Shown: one piece after another, positions 1-7,343 of the stretch | How positions within the stretch are numbered: the first letter of the stretch is position 1 | How the letters are laid out: each line of letters starts with the position of its first letter | Assembly (NCBI GenBank): GCA_964035545.1 | Contig: CAXIUT010000049.1 | Coordinates: 1-9,850 of the forward strand | Direction of reading: 5' to 3' | From: Bugula neritina | Lineage: Eukaryota > Animalia > Bryozoa | DNA length: 9,850 bases | The notes under the pieces: generated by a model | Database searches by the model: none | Told to the model about the DNA's origin: nothing | The model's input: the letters and a program-made list of their open reading frames with translations, nothing else | Position numbers and translations under genes: made by a program

Positions 1-87
1 CCCAACCCAACCCCAACCCCAACCCCCAACCCCAACCCCAACCCCAACCCCAACCCCAACCCCAACCCCAACCCCAACCCCAACCCC
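1..87 (+). repeat. Left telomere, (CCCCAA)n
   Basis: Tandem C4A2 hexamers from base 1 to 87, with a few C3/C5 units at the distal end. This is the Tetrahymena-type ciliate telomere repeat, with the C-rich strand at the 5' end as expected. Confidence 0.98.
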
Positions 88-132
88 AGAATCTTTATAT
101 AAAGGTTATTATTCAATATTTAATTAAAAACA

Positions 133-2273
133 TCAAAAATATTTGCGACTATCGTTACTACCTATCGGAATTGGCTACAACTTCTACGCCCGTCTTCTTC
201 TGTTTTCTTCAAATACCATCATCTCCTGCTTAGCTTTTTCATAAGTCTCAGACTTCAGAGGAGTCAACTGTGCAGTCTTACCAGCAACTCCATTCTTAAA
301 GTAGTGTCCAGAAGGCACAGAATGCATCTCGCTGCCTTCTCTAGCTCCTCTAATGATATTATTCATCTTATAGCTGTCATGGCTTGATCTTTTATCGAAA
401 GAATCTTTCCTTTCCCTGGTATCTCTAAACACTATCTCCTTTCTATCTCTTTACTGCTCTATCATATCCTTGCTCATTCCATGTAACTTGGGGAAGTTAA
501 CTAGTCTCTATCTGTAAGTAAAATGAGGCACCATCCACTCTCTACGCTCTTAGCTCCACTAAGAATTATTTATAATCATTTAGACTTGATCTTGGTTCAT
601 CAAGATTGATATAATCGCATTGAACTTTTTAATTTCTTTTTATTGATATCGAATAGTATCTAATAATTCTTATTTTTCTTCTTCATGCTCATCTTGGACA
701 TCTTTTAGTTATACCAAGTTAGCAGTATATTTCTTTTTTATCTATTGGAATCTTTATCTCATTTAATCTACTTCCTCATTTAAATTTTTATAATTCTTTT
801 AAATATTAAGTAACTCATGTTCTCGACGTTATTTTTCCTTTTTGAACTCTTCTTCTTTCTTCTTTTGAATCTTAAGCTTTTATTTCAACTTTTTGATCTT
901 CTACATTTCACTTTTATCATCACTATCAGGACCTTTTCTCTAAAAATTGCTTTGCAACTGTTCTAGTTTTTATCTAAGTAGTTTTTTCTCTTATTGTTAA
1001 CTTCTCAACAAATTATCTTTATTTTTCAACTACTCCTCAAGTTACTTGCTATTTTCTTTATTTTATCCATCACGATATATCACTCTATCTTGATAGACTA
1101 TTTCCTGTGACCCAGCAGCAGCATGAGAAGATGCTGTTGAATTCATACTTACAGGCATCTTTCCTTCCAACATCAACTTCAACTTCTTTATTTCCTACAT
1201 ATACTCCTTTAATAAGGCATCTTTTGGATCTTCATTTACCTTTGGTTTATTCTGAATAAATTTAGCACGGCTAGCATATCGAAGAGTACTCAAAGTTTAC
1301 TCATAGTTATAGTTAGCAGGCGATACAGCAGCTATCATTACTGTTTTAGTATTGCCACCCAAAGAGTCCTGAAGCAATCTAGTCAACTTAGAATCTCTAT
1401 ATGGAATATGATGAGTTTTACCATCAACTAATGCTGAGATAACATTACCCAAAGCGCTCAAAGATAAGTTGATTTTAGTTGCTTCTTTCATGCCATCTCC
1501 AGTAGCTCCAGTTTTAGCAGCTCTTTCAGATCCAGCCAAATCAACTAGATTGAGTTTAGAGGCTTTATATTTTTAATTACCTTTTTAATCACTTTCCTGA
1601 GAATCAATGTAGATGCTAAAAATGCTATGAGATCGAGATGACTAAGCATTCATGTTGGTAGCTCTTGTGGCTCTATTTTTGAACCCAATATCCATATAAT
1701 GTTCCATTTTAGAGATAGAATCAACTTGAATTTGATTTAGATCTTTAACAAAAACTCCTTTATCTGGACTTTCTTTGAGCTACATCTTAGCTTTAGTATC
1801 TTTTCCCAACAAATCATGAATTTATTCATTATAGATTTAAATAAAACTGCAACGTATGAGATGAGTTTTAGATGTGTCATTTTTAGTAATAGTAACTATT
1901 TGACTGAAAGTTCTAGGAATAATACCTCTAGCCTCTTAACTATCATTTCCACCCATCATTGTATGAGTTTTACCACAGCCTGTCTGTCCATACGCAAAGA
2001 TAGTCCCATTGTAACCATCCAAGACGTTTTCAACTAATGAAAATGCACTTTGTTCATAGATGAGGTTTTGAGGAGAATCAGGAGCAAACACAAAGTCATA
2101 AGCAAAGGCTTTGGGATCTCCTTTGACTTATTCTTTGAAGAGATGAATGGAGTTAGATTTGTAGTCAACATTAACTATACTTTTGCAACCTTTATTAAAT
2201 GATATCTACCTCTATCTTTCTCTTTTTGATTCATAGGACGCACACGAACCATCACCTTCACTGCTTCAGCCAT
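133..2273 (-). CDS. Kinesin-2 family motor, KIF17/OSM-3-like, 706 aa; complement(join(133..2189,2210..2273)); TAR=Glu
   Basis: Starts [18 protein letters not shown]. Contains the P-loop [31 protein letters not shown], switch [13 protein letters not shown], switch [49 protein letters not shown] and the kinesin-2 neck [18 protein letters not shown] coiled coil and a tail with SEWSEERREW follow. The frame is open to TGA at 133-135 once the 20-nt intron is removed (2121 nt). Confidence 0.95.
2190..2209 (-). other. 20-nt spliceosomal intron in the kinesin gene
   Basis: The minus strand reads GTAGATATCATTTAATAAAG (GT..AG, AT-rich). Removing it joins ...[14 protein letters not shown] and restores the frame between the N-terminal VRVRP strand and the rest of the motor domain. 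Confidence 0.9.
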
Positions 2274-2698
2274 TAAGAACCCTGATAAAAATATTATATT
2301 GCATTCATCAGACAAATATCATCATTCATCAAAAAACCGTAACTCTCAAACCAACCAAATCAAAATCAATTATAAACAAAAAATAACTACTACAAATTGT
2401 CTTCAACTATGTTAGTCTCCAAATAATTTAATTATTTTGAATAATAATAATATTTTGAAAAGAGCATTCAATGTAGTTGAATTGGAAATAACTAGGACTC
2501 ATTCATTTGCCATTAAAGGGCTGATTATTTTTATTCATTTATTCATTGATAATTACTCATCCCATAAGTATATTTATTTGATGATTATTTTGAAATAAAA
2601 CAACTTTTATCATCTAAAACTTCAAATAGTTATAAAATCTTATCCATTCTTTCAAAACCAATATATTATAATGAAACATAATATGGTAATAGATTGAT

Positions 2699-3658
2699 TC
2701 AGAAATCAGTTTAGTTGAAGTTAGTCATATACAATTCTTTGATAAGAACATGCGAAGGAAAATCCATCATACTTATTCCTATACATTTCTGTCCTCTATT
2801 CTATCTCAGCCACTAGAGACCAGTCCGATTGGGTCCTTTCCCTATTTTTGCAAACATGTAGGGTAGAACAGCAAAAGCTCCAGTCCAAAAGTTGATGGTA
2901 AATCTATGCAAGTCACAGTTTTTATGTAACGCATCAGCTACAATACTTTTTTTGAATTTAACGTCCCAAGGAAATAGAATAAACATGTTTTGAATGTATG
3001 CAGTGGGCAGATCCCATATGCCATAGTATCCCTCTATTTTATAAGTATCAGGAAAGAATACATCAACTCCAGCTATTATAAAAGCCTTTCCTCTCACCTC
3101 CCCAATAGTTGGTATCTTAGTTGAAAAGTAAGCATCAATATTCGCTTTAGCCATTTCCTAAAGAATGTACTTATGAGGATCATATTTACCAAATTCAAGT
3201 TGAAAAGACACAAAAACGAACTACGATGGATTCTACTTCAAAAACTGACCCAACTGCACCAACATAGGAAACAAAGGAGTCAACCTGAATGGTCCGTGGT
3301 AGATAGTCAAAGGTTCAACATCATTAACTCTGAAATCGAGATATCTCATGCCAGCTTTAAGTTGATTAGTTATGTCCCATCCTTGACATTGATTCACTAT
3401 ACAAGCTCGAGGACAGTTGTAGGTTCCAGTATTATGGGATCCAGGGATAGTTAGATTGGAAATGAGGATGTTATCATTGAGATCAGACATCCAGTTGTCA
3501 GACAAATGGTCGGGATGAGTGACCATCTGCTAGTTATAATGCTAGTGGTCCAGTTATGACTGAATAGTAGCTACTAGATGAGAGAAGTGTTCTTCTGCTC
3601 TGTAGAGGAGGTAGAAGAAGTAGACCAACAGTCCCAAAAATATGTGTTTGCACTTCAT
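2699..3658 (-). CDS. Bacterial-type phosphatidylinositol-specific phospholipase C (PI-PLC X domain) with N-terminal signal/anchor, 319 aa
   Basis: With TAR=Glu there is one ORF from ATG 3658 to TGA 2699-2701, merging ORF-track fragments 3233..3526 and 2813..3154. It has a hydrophobic N-terminus MKCKHIFLGLLVYFFYLLY and the motifs NWMS, LTIPGSHNTG (catalytic His), QL.AGMRYLDFR, IYHG (second His), FLKENPSEFV, IPTIGEVRGK and GISMMDFP. Confidence 0.92.
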
Positions 3659-3779
3659 TTATTATCAATATATCCTATCAACATTATCATAATATTCATA
3701 GAAGATAGTTAAGGTAGTTTTATAAAAATAAACCATCCGTTCTTATCAACTAGATCCATGATTTAATAATATATAAATA
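3659..3779. promoter_or_regulatory. Putative bidirectional promoter region between PI-PLC and 3CxxC paralog A
   Basis: A 121-bp AT-rich spacer between head-to-head start codons (3658 minus, 3780 plus). Positional inference only. Confidence 0.45.
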
Positions 3780-4379
3780 ATGGACACAATATTCAATCCA
3801 GAATATGGCCACCTCTAGCAAGAATCCTAGATGGGTTTCAAGCCATTCCAACTAGATGACTATCTCCAACTATAAATACAACTCCACTAACACAGTAAAC
3901 CATAGCAAAGATCTCAAAATAAGTACAACATAAAGCAGTGCTACTCAATGATGAAAAAGCAATTATAGACAATGTTCTAATATGGAATAGATATAATAAG
4001 TGAGATAAGAATAGGACTATCTAAGAGGAAAGATAGACATTAGTATTTTACTAAAAAATATCAAATCTAGTATCAATGCTGCAATAAAAAATGGAACAAT
4101 AAATTCAAAAATATACATATCTACTATCAAATAGCCAAATAGTTTTAATAATCATCATAAAAAGATAAATAGAATAACAACTAAGACTAAGGATAAAGCT
4201 AGATATAAAATTTGGTTAACTTTCCATATGTGCTTCAATATTAATTAAAAATAACTCATGAGTTATGCAGCAAGTGCAAGAAAGGAGTATAAGGTAAAAT
4301 CGGATAATCTGATTTGATATCTTTTATCAAAAAAGTAACACATAAAATAGCTAAGTAACTTGTCAATTAAAAACAGTGA
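3780..4379 (+). CDS. Divergent, C-terminally truncated zf-3CxxC-like protein (paralog A), 199 aa
   Basis: A 600-nt ATG..TGA frame under TAR=Glu. It aligns by eye to the next two genes: KYNIKQCYSM vs SYTTKHAYSV; YQCCNKKWN vs FKC..RC..WTS; LKITHELCSKCKKGVEGKIGESDL vs FKIYGQKCRECKIWGSGSIIEPDM. It lacks the final H-x4-CEAC-x2-G-x-C motif. Confidence 0.72.
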
Positions 4380-4455
4380 TCTTATTCTCTTTATATCATT
4401 TATATTATTTATATGATTTAACTTTTTAAATATTAGAATTGATATCATACAAAAC

Positions 4456-4508
4456 TATTGATTAGATATAAAAATGAGAGGCAAATTTAACTACTTAATT
4501 GACTGTTA
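4456..4508 (+). promoter_or_regulatory. Conserved upstream block of paralog B (copy 1)
   Basis: TATTGATTAGATATAAAAATG (4456-4476) matches TATTGACTAGATATAAAAATG (5549-5569) at 20/21 positions. Both are followed by CAA.TTT.ACTACT and CTGTTA. Confidence 0.6.
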
Positions 4509-4528
4509 GCACCACTATAAATTCAAAT

Positions 4529-5452
4529 ATGGCGAAAAGAACTATCAACTTTGAACTAGATGATGACACTCCTGAGAAAAACATTCAAAAACCAAAATAC
4601 AAACCTTCATCTGAACCTAAAGATGAAAATAAAGAGTAAGATTCTTGGTTTGAATCTGAAAAAGACAAATTTTAAGATGAAAATAATGAAAAAGAAGAAT
4701 CTTGGGTTGAATATCAAGAAGAAGAGTTCAAAAATGAAAAGAAAGAGAAATACAAGATGTCCAGGTAAGATCAACTTGATCAACTAAACTACTAACTTGC
4801 TAATCCATCTCATTCAGCCAAAGGAGTCTGCAGCTATACTACCAAACATGCCTATTCAGTTATTTATGATCAATTTGACTAATTGAGAGACAAAGGCTAT
4901 GGCTTTATCACAGATTCTAATAAAAGATTATTTTTTGAGGGAAAAGATGCTCAAAACTACATTTACGAGATCAAAAGAGCCATCAAGCTTAGATTCAAAT
5001 GCAAAAACAATCGTTGCCCCTAATTTCAACGCGATGATAGCCAAAGATTATGGACTAGCTACAGGGGTGTAGTTTATTTCAGTTTTTATTTTGAGAAGAA
5101 AAGACAATAGAACTAAATGGCCTTTATGAGAATTAACTTTAAGATCTATGGACAAAAGTGCAGAGAATGTAAAATATGGGGAAGTGGGTCTATTATTGAA
5201 CCAGATATGAAAAATATGGCTAAGATATATGGTATGATTATTGAAAAGATTTTGAGTAAAGTGAAAAACCTATCAAATGGGATGGAACTAACCAATAACG
5301 AGAAAAATGGGAAAGCACCTTGGAGTAAGACTAAACTATTAGGTGGAAAATGTTTGACACACGAAGAAAGTTTATGTGAAGCTTGTGCCGAAGGAAAATG
5401 CATGTCATTCTATAAAAAGAAATATCACTATAAATAAAAAGAAACTAAATGA
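4529..5452 (+). CDS. zf-3CxxC (RTP/ZAR1-type zinc-binding domain) protein with acidic N-terminal extension (paralog B), 307 aa
   Basis: A 924-nt ATG..TGA frame. Motifs RFKCKNNRC...RLWTS, KIYGQKCREC and HEESLCEACAEGKC match the 3CxxC pattern (F-x-C..C..W-x-S; Y/F-x-Q-x-C-x2-C; H-x4-CEAC-x2-G-x-C). No transmembrane segment is visible. Confidence 0.87.
4620..4740 (+). repeat. Imperfect in-frame tandem repeat (~54-57 nt, about 2 copies) in the paralog B N-terminus
   Basis: AAGATGAAAATAA starts at 4620 and 4674, each followed by TCTTGG.TTGAAT. Peptides are DENKEEDSWFESEKDKFE and DENNEKEESWVEYQEEEFK. Confidence 0.7.
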
Positions 5453-5548
5453 TCTCCCTATTTGATTATATAATTATTCAGCTTTATCTAGAGGAAATAA
5501 AAATGTTGTTTAATTTATACTTTTAAGATTATTATTTCAAAAATATTT

Positions 5549-5604
5549 TATTGACTAGATATAAAAATGGTGTATCAATTTTACTACTAATAAAGAGGCT
5601 GTTA
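5549..5604 (+). promoter_or_regulatory. Conserved upstream block of paralog C (copy 2)
   Basis: Second copy of the block at 4456-4508, at nearly the same distance from the start codon (begins 76 nt vs 73 nt upstream). Confidence 0.6.
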
Positions 5605-5624
5605 TCTTGATATATATTAAAACA

Positions 5625-6311
5625 ATGCCAAATAAACCCAAACGATACGACCCGAAGGCTCTATAAGAAGAACTCGACTATTTGAACTAATAACTTGCTG
5701 ATCTCCCTTCATAAGCTAGAAGAGTTCACAGTTATACCTTTAAGCATGCTTATGATGTAATTCTGGATGAATTTGACTGTTTAAATGAATAGGGTTATCT
5801 TTTCGTTGCAAATAAAAACAAATACTAATTTTTGACAGGAAAAAGTGCTAATAACTATGAATTTTAGATAAAAAGATATATCAAATTAAGATTTAAATGC
5901 AAAAACAATCGATGTCCTTAGTTTCACAATACAGACAATCTAAGAAAATGGACTTCTTATCATGGTTTGGTTTGCTTTTCTTTTTACTTTTTGAAAAAAA
6001 CCAGATTAAATCCATAAAACTTCATGAGAATGAACCTAAAAATCTATGGACAGAAATGTAGACGCTGTCTAGAAGATGGAAGTGGATCTATCCTTGCCAC
6101 AGATATGAAAATACTAGCTAGAATATATGGAATAGTCATTGAAACTATCATGAATAAAGCAAAAAATCTTTCTAGAGGAATGAGACTTAACTATAAAGAG
6201 TAATATGGAGTCAGACCTTAAAACAAACGAAATAAAAGAAATTTGATTCATTAAAAAAAGTTATGTGAAGCCTGTACGAAAGGAATTTGTAGGTTTTCAA
6301 AAAGAAAATGA
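5625..6311 (+). CDS. zf-3CxxC (RTP/ZAR1-type zinc-binding domain) protein (paralog C), 228 aa
   Basis: A 687-nt ATG..TGA frame absent from the ORF track. Contains RFKCKNNRCPEF...RKWTSY, KIYGQKCRRC and HEKKLCEACTKGIC. Colinear with paralog B over essentially its whole length. Confidence 0.87.
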
Positions 6312-6417
6312 TTTCTTTTGATTGTCCTTTATTGTTAAATATTAGATCTAATAAATCATTCAGATATTGTTTGTTTAGTATTTAATATTTCAAACTATTA
6401 ATCATTCATATTCAATA

Positions 6418-7131
6418 ATGAACTACCAAGACAACTTCTTCAAACCCTACTCAAAAAAAATAAAATAACCTCCAAAACCATACCATCACCATCATTCCCC
6501 TTATAGAAAATAATACGAAATATAAGATCTTATTTACTCTCCTTAAGCCCACCAACTGCATTAATACGATTCGAGTCCTTCCTTTAAACTAACAAAAAAT
6601 TAGCATATCGCATTTAATCGAGTATAGACCGAACCAATCTGGGAACACCTCTACAACTAGGGAATGAAATCACAAAGATAAATCGAATAAATACATCATA
6701 AACATCTAAACAAAATAGATATCTAGTGCACCTTTCAACCAGCTATTCTAAATAGCAAAAGATACCTCATGCCTAGTAGTTCAACCTTCTTGTAAAGAAA
6801 TTAAGCTTGGCAATAGCATCGTATCTAGAAAATCGTTAGAGATAAATAAGAAAAGACCAATAAAAATATCAAATAGTGTACATTTACACCCAAATTAAAC
6901 AAACCTTATCGACCTCGTCACAGTCCTTAAGATGAAAAATTGCATACATTTATATAAAGGAAATAAATAAGTTAAAAAAATAGACTAATTAATCCATACT
7001 ACTCTCCATACAAACTCAATAAAAGTAGATAGAAAAGTTCTCCCAAAAGAAAAAAAGTCAATACGGCTACATATGATATGAAAAATGTTAAAAATATGAT
7101 TAGAAAATAATTAAAAAAAATAAATATCTGA
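6418..7131 (+). CDS. Uncharacterised protein with two ECTFxP motifs, 237 aa
   Basis: A 714-nt ATG..TGA frame under TAR=Glu. Contains IWEHLYNEG, IECTFQPAI, FLERNEAWQEHR and KECTFTPKLN. This motif spacing is familiar from uncharacterised protist, putatively cytoskeletal, proteins. Confidence 0.78.
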
Positions 7132-7343
7132 TTATTGTATTGTTTTTAATTAATCGCCTATATCAACCTTTATTAACTCATAATTGGTCTTATAATTGAG
7201 GAATCATCTAATTTTGAATAATATTTTGACTAATATTTATTATTATAGGCTAAGAACATTCTAGAATATTCGAGTATAATCTGGAAAACTCTTAATAATA
7301 TAAAGGAAACGACAGGTTGCTGTCTTCTATAATAATAAAACCA

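Noticed and set aside
1-30. Variant telomere units (C3A2, C5A2; also G5/G7 runs in the right telomere)
   Set aside because: These are homopolymer length differences typical of long-read or consensus error, not evidence of a mixed telomerase template such as Paramecium C3A3.
1563-1580. Possible 18-nt GT..AG intron (GTAATTAAAAATATAAAG, minus strand) in the kinesin
   Set aside because: It is in frame, and the encoded DEKGNEKYKA fills the normal loop before [11 protein letters not shown], so it is most likely coding.
2274-2698. Longest non-coding gap: possible RNA gene, small ORF or 5' UTR intron (TTTTTATCAG just upstream of the kinesin ATG)
   Set aside because: I saw no tRNA cloverleaf, convincing ORF or canonical GTA donor at tiny-intron distance. 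Short repeats such as CATTCATCA and TATTTTGAA are expected at this AT content.
3758-3859. Alternative ATG at 3758 for the gene downstream of PI-PLC
   Set aside because: That frame closes at TGA after 33 codons, whereas ATG 3780 opens the 199-aa frame homologous to the neighbouring paralogs.
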